Shown: positions 27,335 to 38,534 of the stretch, one piece after another
Layout of the letters: each line of letters begins with the position of its first letter
How positions within the stretch are numbered: position 1 is the first letter of the stretch
NCBI RefSeq assembly: GCF_036321535.1
Contig: NC_087436.1
Location: 103,170,001 to 103,234,000 of the forward strand
Length of the DNA stretch: 64,000 nucleotides
Direction: 5' to 3'
From: Camelus dromedarius
Taxonomy: Eukaryota
The notes under the pieces: generated by a model
The model's database searches: none
What the model was told of the DNA's origin: nothing
The model's input: the letters and a program-made list of their open reading frames with translations, nothing else
Position numbers and translations under genes: made by a program

Positions 27335-27470
27335 TTGTTATTATGTTTATTTTACCCATGAGGCATGTAGGAACTGAGGCTTGGAAAACGTAAATAATTT
27401 ATCCAAGCTCGCATAACCAGTTCCAGTAAGAGTTCTGTTTCAACACAAGGCCATTTAATTTCAAAGCCAG
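27335..27470 (-). mobile_element. MIR SINE
   Basis: ggaactgaggcttggaaaacgtaaataatttatccaag core. Confidence 0.65.
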
Positions 27471-28219
27471 TTGTATTTTGCATGATTAATTAAAAGAAAG
27501 GCAAGTAAGGATCATAATGATCAACTGCTTTCAGGAAGCTCTTCTACAAATAAAATGGTAGTTATAATTTAAGCATACTTTGGGAAAGTGTTGGACACCT
27601 TTAAAAAAGTAACCGTATTCTAAAGAGTATCATCTCCCTCTAGATTGTATTAAGCAATTATTAGCTTAAAGACATAGATTCTGGCCAGGTTCTCTGATTT
27701 GAAGCTGGTCGTTTATTCCTCTCTGTACCATAGGCTAGTGATACTAGGAAATAGTTTATTTGAGTTTTCATCAAATTCTTGAATTGACCTGATGTTTCTG
27801 ACATTGTAGAGAAAGCTTCACAGCTTCTTTCATCATCCGGGTCTAATTCACAGCATTTGATTTGTGTTCTTATTTCCATAATGTTACATGAACATTTAGC
27901 TTCGTATTAAAATACCATTTACACATAATTTCCTAAGACCAGAGAGTCTTTAAATTTGTATCAAATCTTATAATCAACAGAAAGTGCATCCCTCAGGACT
28001 TACGGGGAAGGAAGTGGAATGGTGCATCTATGTGTTTCACAATGGATTTAAGACAGGTGCTACATTTTTAGAAAAAGGTAGTCACTAGTATTATTTAATA
28101 AGTGCTGCATAATTGCAAAGACCATTCACCTTTCTTTGATAAAAACCTATTCACAACTAGCATTTTTGGAAGGTGTTGCAGATGCAAGGAAAAGTAAGGC
28201 TCCACAGTTGCTGTTCAGA

Positions 28220-28366
28220 TGAAGAAAGAGAGAAAGGAACGAAGGAAAGAAAGAGAGGAAGGAAAGGAATGAAGGAAAGGAAAGGAAAGGAAAGAAAAGA
28301 AAAGGAGAGGAGAGGAGAGGAGAGGAGAGGAGAGGAGAGGAGAGGAGAGGAGAGGAGAAAAGAAAA
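28220..28366. repeat. Polypurine tract (GGAA/GGAAA then (GGAGA)n)
   Basis: Direct reading. Confidence 0.95.
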
Positions 28367-28469
28367 TCAAGTCGATAGAACAAATAAAAACACAAATATC
28401 AGTGGCCTGTTCTTAGACCACAGGGTCAGGTTGCTTAACTGGGCTTATGTTGTGTGGGGAGTAATAGGG

Positions 28470-28875
28470 AAAATGTCACGTGTGCTGAGTCTTGAAGGCT
28501 AGACAGGAGTCGAGAAGGCAAAATCAGAGAGACGAGAGAAAAGAATTCTAAGTAGAAGAAACAATATATGAAAAAATCCAAAGGTGTAAGAATGACAGGT
28601 AGGAAATGGAGGGGCCTTCTATGATTGTAAAGATATTAAAAGAGAAAAAAGAAACCAAGTAAAATAGTTGAGTGTCCTAAGGCAGGAAATTTATTTATGC
28701 AGTAGAAGGTCATTGAGGCACTTTAAGGATGGGAGCGGCTATCAGGGAGATCACCTAAAGGAAAGTTAGAGGATGAATTCGGGAGAAAGAAAACAGGAAA
28801 ACAGGAGGCCATTAGGAGACTGTGGCAATCATCCAGACCCAGCATGGTAAGAGACTGAAATAAGGCTGTGGTAGG
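28470..28875 (-). mobile_element. L2 fragment
   Basis: gctgagtcttgaagg...ccattaggagactgtggcaatcatccag antisense L2 motifs. Confidence 0.6.
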
Positions 28876-28924
28876 TGTATACTTACATTTCAGGATTTTC
28901 CCACAGATTGGAAAAAAATGTATT

Positions 28925-29018
28925 AAAATAAAAGAATTGTCACCTTGTATCTGATTACAGTTCAATTAAAAAAAAAAAAAGAAATTAATCCTATACTAAA
29001 AAAAAAAAAGAAAAAAAG
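28925..29018 (+). mobile_element. Very short 5'-truncated L1 3' end with two poly(A) tails
   Basis: aattgtcaccttgtatctgattacagttcaatt(A)n resembles the L1 terminus at ~22655 (reverse complement). Confidence 0.55.
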
Positions 29019-29079
29019 AAATCTATTGGCAGAGCTTGGAAATACAGGTGTAAATAAAGCCCCCAATCGCAATTTGCAA

Positions 29080-29460
29080 ATAAATAATAATAAATGTTTA
29101 TAAAGTGCTTATTATAGGAACCAAGAGCTATTTTATGTATATCCTTGTATAACTCAAATAATTCTCAGAATAATTCTATAAGTTATAAACTATTATAACC
29201 TCAATTTTTACAGATAAGCATACGAGTTGCAGAGGTGAAGCCACTTGCGTCACCCAGCTCGCCTGATGAGGCTGCCATTCAAATCTAGATGGTTTGCTCT
29301 GGAGTCCACGCCCCCCACCCCTCGTGCTACGCCAACAGCGAAGGTTCCTGAGCACTTTCCATGTGTCAGACGCTACAATAGGCACTTGCATGCTCACAAC
29401 CGTCCTCTGAGCTCGCTGCTTTTATTTTCTCCATTTTTACATATGAAGCAATTGCAAATG
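29080..29460 (-). mobile_element. Two adjacent MIR fragments
   Basis: aattttacagataag...agaggtgaagccacttgc; tgagcactttccatgtgtcag...ccatttttacatatgaagcaa. Confidence 0.7.
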
Positions 29461-29639
29461 AGTGTCTCAGCAAAATAACTAATAAAACTAATTTTAAAAA
29501 GGAATAAAATGATGAATCAATTGGCATCTGAGCAAATTAAGACAAGTGTAAAGTGAGGGAAACAGGATTCAGTGATATATTGGTCTCATTCCAAACGAGT
29601 GCCCTCCACCACGACACCATGGATGTGTATGTTTCTACC

Positions 29640-29970
29640 TCATGAAGCTGCTAGATGCCATGCACTCTGCCAGATGTCTGCTACACCGTGAGGACTATAA
29701 AACAGAGTGCTTGGCACCAGCTAGCTTATCATCCAGTGAAACAGCCAGAAGCATGAACACTGTAGTTCACTACGGTATGTGCTGTAATATTAGAAAATAA
29801 GAGCCTTCTTAGAAAGAAGATGATGTTTGAGTAAAGATCTGAAAGGGTACAGAGGTAAGGGAGCAAGCCATAACTGTATCTATAAGAACCCCCACGTACA
29901 AGAAATAGTAAGAGGAAAGACTCTGAAGCAGGAGTTAGCCTGGAATGTTCCAGGAATATCACGGAAACCA
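29640..29970 (-). mobile_element. L2 fragment
   Basis: gatgatgtttgagtaaagatctgaa...aaagactctgaagcaggagttagcctggaatgttccaggaa. Confidence 0.65.
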
Positions 29971-29971
29971 A

Positions 29972-32510
29972 ACAGTCCTTGTTTACAGATGATGCGACTA
30001 TCTATGTAGAACGTCTGAAAAAAATGTAAAAACTACCGGAACTTGTAAGCAATTATGGTAAGGTTGTAGGATATATGGTTAATATACAAAATTTAATTGT
30101 TTTTTCCTCTATATGAGCAATGGACAAGTCGAATTTGAAACTAAAACTGCAATATCATTTACATTAGCACCCAAAAAAAGTATAACACTTAGGTATAAAC
30201 CTAATGAAATATGCAAAGAACTCTTTGAGGAAAATGATAAAACTCTGACAAACAAAGGCAAAGAGAAGTAAATAAATGTAGAGAGGCTATGTTCTTAAAG
30301 AAGACTTAATATCGCCAATATGTCAGTTTTTCCCAACTTGATTCAGTGTAATCCCAAACAAAATTCCAGCAAGTTTTAATGTGGATACTGAAAAATCGAA
30401 TCTAAAGTTATAAGGAAAGAGGAAAGATCCAGCACTGCCAGCACAACATTGAAGGAGAGGAACAAAGTTGCAGAACTGACACTACCCAACTTTAAGACTT
30501 ACTATAAAGCTATAGAAATCAATATAGTGTGGTGTTGGTGAAAGAATAGACCAATAGATCAACAGAATACCACAGGGAGCCCAGAAATAGAAATATATAG
30601 AGATACATTCGCAACTAATCTTTGATAAAGGAGCAAAGATAGTCTTTTCAACAAACAATTCTGGGACAACTGAACAACTGCGTATTTAAAAAAAAATGAC
30701 ACAGACCTTACGGCTTTCACAAAATTGAACTCAAAATGGATCACAGATCCAAAGGTAAAATGCAAAACCATAAAATTGCTAAAAGATAACACAGTAGAAA
30801 AACTAGATGACATTAGGTATGATGACACAATTTTTTAGATAAAACATTAAAGGCAGGCTCAATAAAAGAAGTAATTGATAACTTGGATATCACTAAAATT
30901 AAAAAATTATGCTCCACAAAAGACAATGTCAAGAAAATAAGACAAACCAAATTGTCAGATGAAGCATTTGCAAAAGACACGACTTAATAAAAGACTATTA
31001 TCCAAAATATACAAAGAACTCTTAAAACTCAACAATAAAAAAATTAAAATGCAATTTAAAAAATGGGCCAAAGACCTTAATAGACACCTCAGTAAAGAAG
31101 ATACAGATGTCAAATAAGCACGTGAAAAGATGCTTATATAACATGTCATTATGAAAATTCAAAATTAAAACAATTAAATATTACCGCACACCTATTAGAA
31201 TGACCAAAATCTAGAACACTGACAACACCAAATGCTGACAAGGACATGGAGCAACAGGAACTCTCATCCATTGTTGGTGGGAATGCAAAACGGTACGGCC
31301 ACTTTGGAAGACAGTTGGGCAGTTTCTCACAAAGCTAAACATACTTTTACCATGTGATCCAGCAACTGATCTCCTTAGCATTTACCCAAAGGAGTTGAAA
31401 ACTTAGGTCCACACAAATGCCTGCACACAGATTTTTACCGTAGCTTTTTATTTACAACTGCCAAAACTTGGAGGCAACCAAGACATCCTTCAGTAGGTGA
31501 ATGGATAAATAAACAGTGGTACATCTGACAATGGAAGATTATTCAGCACTAAAAAGAAATGAATTATCAAGTTATAAAAAGACACGAAGAAACGTAAATG
31601 CATATTACTAACTGAAATAAGCAAATCTGAAAAGGCTACATACTACAAGATTCCAAATATACTATATTCTGGAAAAGGTAAAACTATGGAGACAGTTAAA
31701 AGATCAGAGTTACCAGGGGTTAAAAGGAACAGGTAGAACACAGGGGATTTTTCAGGCAGTGGAAATACTACGGATGATACCCTCATGATGGCGCCAACTA
31801 AAAACTAGCACTCACCATGAGTCTTTACAGGATTAAAATCACAAACTGCTGCAGCCACTCACCCTCAACACACCCTGAAGGGAGGTCAGGGTGGAGATCT
31901 GGAATGAAGCGCTCTGTGTTCTGGGAAAAACTGGCAGAACAGGCCTTCAGATAGATATTGTCAAAAGATTTTATGAGCCCAAATTCTTACATCTTCTCAT
32001 ATCTAGAAAAGCACTAAAATCATGACCAGAGACATCTGCTCCTTGCAAGCCTCTTCCAGAATGTGTGCTTGACTTCATGTACCCCGCCTTCACTAAAACC
32101 ACACGTAATACTGACGCTCCCCTCACCTCTTCGGAGCAGTTCCTCAGAGCTGTCTGAGATGCCTCTCCCAGGATCTAGTCCTCAATTTGCCCCAAATAAA
32201 ACTCCACTCCCAACTCTCACGTTGTACATATTTTTCAGTCGACAACTGCTACATGTCATTATACAGCTGTTCAAACCCACAGAAGGTATGACAAGAGTGA
32301 TCCCTAATGCAAACTGTGGGCTTTGGGTATTCGTGATGTATCAGTGTAGGTTCATCGTTTGTAACAAATGTGCCGCCCTGGTGGGAGACGTTAACAACAG
32401 GGAGGTTACACACATGTGGTGGCAGGGAATAGATGGGAAACCGTTGCACCTTTCCCTCAATGTGCTGTGAATCTTAACTTGCTTTAAAAAAACTGTCATA
32501 CCAAAAAAAG
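29972..32510 (+). mobile_element. L1MC1-like ORF2 3' half and 3'UTR, interrupted by an LTR
   Basis: Begins at the RT motif (tttacagatgat, FTDD); L1MC1-type 3'UTR acatgtcattataca...ccctaatgcaaactgtgggctttggg. Confidence 0.9.
31789..32244 (+). mobile_element. MER34/MER39-like ERV1 LTR inside the L1MC1 3'UTR
   Basis: cggagcagttcctcagagctgtctgag, AATAAA, end tttttcagtcgaca; homologous to 35210-35685. Confidence 0.75.
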
Positions 32511-32540
32511 TTTTTAAAAATGTGCAGCAATATGTGAGAG

Positions 32541-33139
32541 TGTTAGAGCAGGCAGTTAGCCAGACCTGAGCAGAGAGGGAGGGCATGGGTCAAGTGGCAG
32601 GAAACCATTCATCTTGAGACAACAGGGGTCTTAGGGGCAAACAAAGAAAAGCAGGAACCTCTGGGCTGACAGGAAACCATACATCTTGTGAGCTACAACA
32701 GGGGTCTTAGAGGCAAACAAAGAAAGGTGGGAACCTCTAGCACTCTGAATGCAACCTTTTGCTCATTATGCCCTCATTACAGTAACATCAGCCTTGCAAA
32801 TAAGAAGTACCCATGAGGCACTGATGCCATGACACTTCTGAGCAAGACCAAATAAGGACAAAAACTCCCCACCCCTTCCAGAAGGTGGAGCTGGGATGAA
32901 AACCAGGGAAGTACCCCCGAAACCCCTCTCCCTCCTCGATGAATATTCTGCCCAGTCATTTTCACACCACATATAACCAACCTGCCAAAGGAACTCAGAG
33001 CAGCTGCTCCCCTGAGTCTGCCTGCTCACCCTCCTGGGACTGTACTGTCACTTAAGAAATCCCGGCTTTGCTTACTTGGCCTCCCTGTCTGTCTCTGAAT
33101 TCTCTCTGTGATGAAACAAGGACCTATGCTTCAGTAACA
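32541..33139 (+). mobile_element. ERV1 solo LTR (MER50/MER66-like start)
   Basis: TGTTAGAGCAGGCAGTTAGCCAGAC...TCAGTAACA; flanks AGAG/AGTG; TATA-like atataa; internal ~72-bp duplication. Confidence 0.75.
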
Positions 33140-33539
33140 AGTGAGCTGATTTTTGTTTCTTGGTTTTGGGTTTTTTTGCCAATTTAATATCAAGCTTGTT
33201 ATTTCATCCCTAATGCGGCATGTAATAAATGGTGTGGCTGTGCCTAGCGGGGGGCCTGAGGGTCCCCAGTCAGCTCTGCTGTTACACCCTGCAGGAATAT
33301 TCAAAACCATTCATGCAACCCTGTATCTCTGAGCATTTTCATATTGCTATGTGATTTGATTTGGAATAGAAATATCAATGACCTTTCAGAATCAAATAAA
33401 GGAAAATTTCAGTGGAATTGTCCCATGCTTGTAACTAAGAAATAAGCAGTGGTCTATGGTATTGGAAGCCTACTCTTAGATTATGTTGAGCATGCTTTTA
33501 TCCAACACATCATGTTAAACAGATTAGTCTACTCAAATG

Positions 33540-33572
33540 ATGGTGGTGGTGGTGGTGATGATGGTGGTGGAG
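33540..33572. repeat. (GGT/GAT)n microsatellite
   Basis: Direct reading. Confidence 0.85.
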
Positions 33573-33730
33573 GTTGGGGAGGAGCGTCTACCTAACTTCC
33601 ACTGATTCTTTCTGGGGTCATTGGTAACTCACCCCAGCCACTTTGAGAAACAAGTCTTCATTATTCCAGAAAAGTAAAGAGGGCTGAAAGCAAGCTGTCT
33701 TCTGATTGCCTCACCCCACCTACACAGCCA

Positions 33731-33860
33731 GAGGAAATAGTTCCTTGAAAGGAAATCTCCCACGAGAAACCGAGTTGTGCCCTTTCTCGTTTTATTGTAC
33801 TGTAGCTTGCCACAATGGTTCCTTCTCATTCCGATTGCGGGGATCGGAAAATGTGAGTGC
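33731..33860 (+). promoter_or_regulatory. Candidate enhancer/promoter or structured RNA element
   Basis: GAS TTCCTTGAA (33741-49), kB-like GGAAATCTCCC (33751-61), SOX-like CACAATGG, 6 CpGs in 90 bp, four inverted repeats. Confidence 0.35.
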
Positions 33861-34667
33861 AGGCCACTCTCCTGTAAGAAGTCCCTCCAAAGTGAATGGG
33901 AATAAAGTTCAAAGCTAAAGAGAGAGAAAGGGAGATGGGGTTGAGAGAGAGAGCGAGCTGATGCTCAAGCCCCTAACATCCCCATTCCAGACTTCGCTCT
34001 CCATCCAACCCTCGGTACCTTCCCAAGAATCTTCAAGTAACTTTTTCTCTCTCGCTCATATTCACTAATATCTGTCAGAACTGCATTTGAGTAAGATGTG
34101 ACCAAGCAGCACTGCTTTAATACACCAGTCTATAATGGTGCTGAGTCTTTCCGCCTCTGCTAACGTCTGTGATGCAGGTGCTAGGAGACATTTTATTCCT
34201 TGTCATTTCCTTTATTAAATATATCAAATGAAACAGCCAAGCTCTGTATCTATGTATTTTATACATGTGAATAATAAATCTAATACTTTTCCACTACCGA
34301 TTAATTCACATTTTAAGAAATTGATGTAAGAAATAGGAGAGGAGAATTCTAGCCGCAGCCCATGATGGATTTGGGTATATCACATTATCTCTCTTGTCTA
34401 AATTATCTTTAAGGTCTACTGCAACCACATCAATAGTTGCTTTTTAATCCGCAATGCAAAATCCACTGAAGTCTAATATACAAAGATTAATCGTCACCAT
34501 GCTTTTTAAAACAGTCACAGCACACTGGTATTTACAGAGTGTGACAAACACAAATGTATTAGGATCTCAAGGAGGGTCATAAAAAGTTGTTCTGAGTATA
34601 ACTGTATAACTGCTGGAGAAATTTTGATCACCTTATTTATAATTTCAGTTTTTTCTGAACATCTAGA

Positions 34668-34696
34668 TAGACAGATAGGTAGACAGACAGACAGGC
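34668..34696. repeat. (AGAC/AGAT)n tetranucleotide repeat
   Basis: Direct reading. Confidence 0.8.
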
Positions 34697-35209
34697 AGCC
34701 AGTGGATAGGAGAAAGCATGTTGTACATAAGCATTCTCTAGGTAAAGATTGGAGTATTTTGAGAGGCTATTCTTTCCCTCTTTTTTCATTTTTTTAAATC
34801 CATTTTCAATTTCAGGCCAAGTGCTAGTATGAAATCCTGGAAAATATAGAATTTCAGAGAAGAAGAAACGAGGAGAAAAAAAAAAAAGGGGGTGTTACGA
34901 GAGAAGACCATTTGTTCCTACACAGTAGACTTGCCTGTGAGGGAGGAGGAAAAGAACTTTGGATCTGATAGGTGATTCAAGTTTAAAGAATTGATTGAAC
35001 TAAATTTTAAAGGCCAAAAGGAGCAGAGGAGTTGTGAAAACCATCTCAAGTACGAAGAGTCTCTGTGAGCTGGGACAGATGGGAGATTCAGTAGAGCTCA
35101 GTTGAAAGCAGCCAGACAACAAAAATCTTTACACACTTACATCCTAATAAACAGGGATTCTGCAACCAAACTGGTTATGTTGCCATTATTCTTGTCTTGT
35201 TCTTAGCCT

Positions 35210-35685
35210 TGTGAACAAAAAATTCTGCAAACCATATCAGTAAACAAAGAATGCTGAAACCAAGTCATCAGTGGTTGCTACCATCCCCCAGTGAACACAA
35301 GCCCGCAGCCCAGCCTCTGCAGCCACTCACAATGGTGCACCCTGAGGGGACTCAGAATAAGAAAGGACGGGATACTGGCCCTAGATAGCTAGGTGCTTGT
35401 CAAAAGAATGAATTCAATGAACTCAAATGTTTGCTTCCCCCCATACATAGAAAAATGTTAAATTCTTTAACTTGAGATGCCTGGTTTTCTTTAGATAACA
35501 AGTAATCTTTTATTGTTCCAACTACCTGGTCTTTATTGTAAAGCTCCTATATATCCTAGCTCCTCCCCTACCTTTTCGGAGCAGTCCCTCAGAGCGATCT
35601 GAGAGGCCGTCATCCCGGCTTGAGTCCTCCCGCCAAATAAAACATAACTCTCAGCTTTTAGGCTGAGCATTTATTTCAGTCAACA
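35210..35685 (+). mobile_element. MER34/MER39-like ERV1 solo LTR
   Basis: TGTGAAC...TCAGTCAACA termini, TATA ctatatat, AATAAA. Confidence 0.8.
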
Positions 35686-36224
35686 GTTTCATTTTCTTTT
35701 CGGTTCATTCAAATCTAAGATGTTTTTTGAGGTTCTTTTACTACTCCCCAAATCTGACTATCAAATAGAATTTTCTACTTTTTTCTTAATTCTTAAGAAG
35801 ATTAACTTATAAACGTCCTATTTTAAGTATTTAACTGTTAAATACAACAGAAAAAAATACATAGAATATTATTAAATAATAAACATGGGAAAATTAAGTT
35901 TAATGATTCTATTGCATTTTAATAACGAGACAAATATTTGTAGTTTTAGAATCCTTTGTTAGATGGTTGGAGCTGCAGAACCACAGTCCATAAGTGTGGA
36001 AGATCCATAATCTCTGGTCATCTCTCCTTCCAGGCAAAATGAATAACCAGTTGTGCTGCTTGAAGTTCTGCCCACTGGGAAGAGTTCCCCGGAGCATCGT
36101 CTTTCAGGACCATCCTGGGCTGGTGCAGCAGCGCTTCAGCTGTCCACTTTTGGGTCATGTCTGCATATTGCATAGAACCGCTAGGGAACAAAGCTGAGAT
36201 TTACTCCTCAATCACCTGTTCAGC

Positions 36225-36622
36225 TGTTGGTTCACAAACTGGTCCCCATTCACAGAGGCAAAGAGAGACCAAAGAAAGAGGTAAGCCACACCGAATTGGT
36301 AGGTGGCAGGTTTAATAAGCCAGGGAACTCACATATGCAGCTTGTCTTGGGTGACTGCTCCATAAGTAGGTCTCCACATCCACCCTCCAGAATCTTAAAA
36401 GTTTATCTAGAAGCCTTAATTGGGTTCAGGCACATATACCATCTGGATGGTCTCAACAACTCATTGCTCTCTCAAGACTGTGACCCTGGAGCAGGTTCTA
36501 GCTCAGGGAAGGCCAAGAGAATGCACATTCTAAGGATGGGGAGTGGGTAAGAGCCTTCCACTCCTCAAGTCCAGCTCTTGGGTCAACTGATGGTCACTTC
36601 CTCTTGATGACCTTCTCCAACA
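36225..36622 (-). mobile_element. Solo LTR, copy 2 of the family at 26380-26817, inserted in ERV-L pol
   Basis: TGTTGG...CCAACA termini; 5-bp TSD TCAGC/TCAAC; ATTAAA on the minus strand. Confidence 0.85.
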
Positions 36623-37871
36623 TCAACACATATGCCTAGACTGAGAAAGAGAAGTCAGTGCAGAAGCACAGGCAATGGAGCTTTGGGCCACTTTCTCTTG
36701 CATTTTATCTGTACCTTCAGGATGTGCTTGAAGCTAATCTCATATAAACCGCTTTCATCTTGAGGAATGGGGCTACACATGCCCAACTTTATGGATCGAA
36801 GAATCATGATGGGCAGCTTGGATCACATGTTAACTTGAAAGCCCATGGTAGAGCATTCAGCCTCTACTAAGGCCTGGGAACAATTCAAAAACTCTCCAAA
36901 GGAGAATGGTTATCTACAGAAGATAACATAGCTTTGCTCAAAAAATCCCAAGGGTCTGCATCTATAAGGCTCTGTCAAAGGCTCCACAAAGCCTCCCTAC
37001 CTACCACAGATACCTCAAACAACATCAGATCTGCTAACTCATGTGGCCCAGCTGGCAGACCAGCCTGCACGGCAGCCTGGATCTGTTGCATATTCTTTTG
37101 TTCTTGAGATGATAAAATGGAAAGGTGATCAAGGTCCTTGTGGTCCAGGATATGACATAGGGCCAGAGAGTTGATATAATCCTAAAATGGGGCAAGGGAG
37201 CCTAAGAATGGCCCTGCCAGCTGAAATAAAGCTGCTTCTAACAATCTTTCCTAACAGAGATAGGGGAAATGCAGTTGTCAGCTCAATTCCCGCATACCAG
37301 GTGCCAAGAGATGTGCAGATTTGCTCAGGCAATTAAAGTACATCTGGAACAGTAGCTGTCGTTAGAGTCTCTGCTGATTAAATGCACAATAATCCATTCT
37401 CATTCTCCAAGATTAGGTGTCTGCGTCACAGGCCTAATAAGAGAACCGAATGGAGGAATCACCATGCTTCATCTTTCAAGTGTTCATGGCACTAATCTTT
37501 GCAGTTTCTCAGGGAACCTAGTATTGTTTTTGGCTTAGCATTTTTGTATGCAGTAATAGTTTGAGTGGCTTTCACATGCTTTTTCTACAATAACAGTTCC
37601 ACTCTATGACTCAGAAAACTATAGCAATGCCACCTGCTGTAGAAGTTTATTTCCACTTTGCATTCCAGAACTCAGAAAATCATCACACGGTGGTGGCCTT
37701 GAGGACCCACTGGTCTCACTGTGAGATCAAAGCAAGCTAAAATTCTGTTGCTCCAACCTCCTAATCTGAATGGTGGGCCAACAATGGTGATGTGGGTCTC
37801 CGGTGATTAGTGTGAATTTTGTGCCAGTGTCCAGTAATTCCAAAAACAATGGATTATTTTCCCTCCCCATT

Positions 37872-37934
37872 CATATATATACATACATATATATACACAT
37901 AAATATATATATATATATAGACATACATATATAT
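37872..37934. repeat. Imperfect (TA/CA)n microsatellite
   Basis: Direct reading. Confidence 0.85.
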
Positions 37935-38052
37935 TTTTTAATATGAATTTGACTTTAAACAATAAGGCTGTTGTCTTTGCATCTGATCACTTATGGTTCA
38001 CAGGGCAGGCACTTAGAGGTAAAAAAGTGAATATAAACTTGAGGACAGCAGG

Positions 38053-38534
38053 TGTCAGGCCAAGTTGACAGATTCTGCCATTAAAAGCACAAAAACTTTT
38101 TAGGCTCAGAGATTTTATTACTCATATAGAAATTAAAAGCAAGAGTAGCCAGAGATGCTGGTTTTGTCCTACAGGATGGCATCCAAACCGAAAGACCATA
38201 TGATAAAGCATCATGGCTATAGGACACCACATAGCTGAAAAGACCATGCCACGCTGTAGCTAAGCAGTTTTACATTCTGCAGCTGCACTTTAAGGATGGT
38301 GAGGCAGAAAGCCTCACACTTCATCAGGCTCTGAGTGTCGGAGAGAACCAGTAACTCCATGGCAGACAGGAGGTGGATATGCGACGATCTTTTACCTGTT
38401 CCTCACAAGACTCCCACGTTCTCATGTTCCAGGACTATCACAGAGTATTCTGCCAAGTTCAAAATCAGCAACAGCCCTTGCCTATAAGGTCTAGGTGGAA
38501 ACAGTTTAACTTTCCAGAGCTGTTTTCCTTCAGC
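38053..38534 (-). mobile_element. ERVL-class LTR (MER54/73/74/88 group, tentative)
   Basis: TG...CA bounded; gattttattactc gives AATAAA on the minus strand. Confidence 0.45.

Larger units (their letters stand above)
35965..38050 (-). mobile_element. ERV-L internal remnant (protease-RT-RNase H), decayed
   Basis: Minus-strand translations ELLDTGTKFTLITGDP (protease, ~37795-37840), EQICTSLGTWYAGIELTTAF (RT) and TQKWTAEAL...SSQWAELQAAQLVIHFAWKER (RNase H, ~36020-36190). Confidence 0.9.

Noticed and set aside
28147..28502. Charged/low-complexity ORFs (ERRGE repeats)
   Set aside because: Translation of the polypurine microsatellite.
31789..31798. TGGCGCCAAC, resembling a tRNA-Lys primer-binding site
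   Set aside because: Lies at the 5' edge of an LTR rather than after one; the match is only partial.
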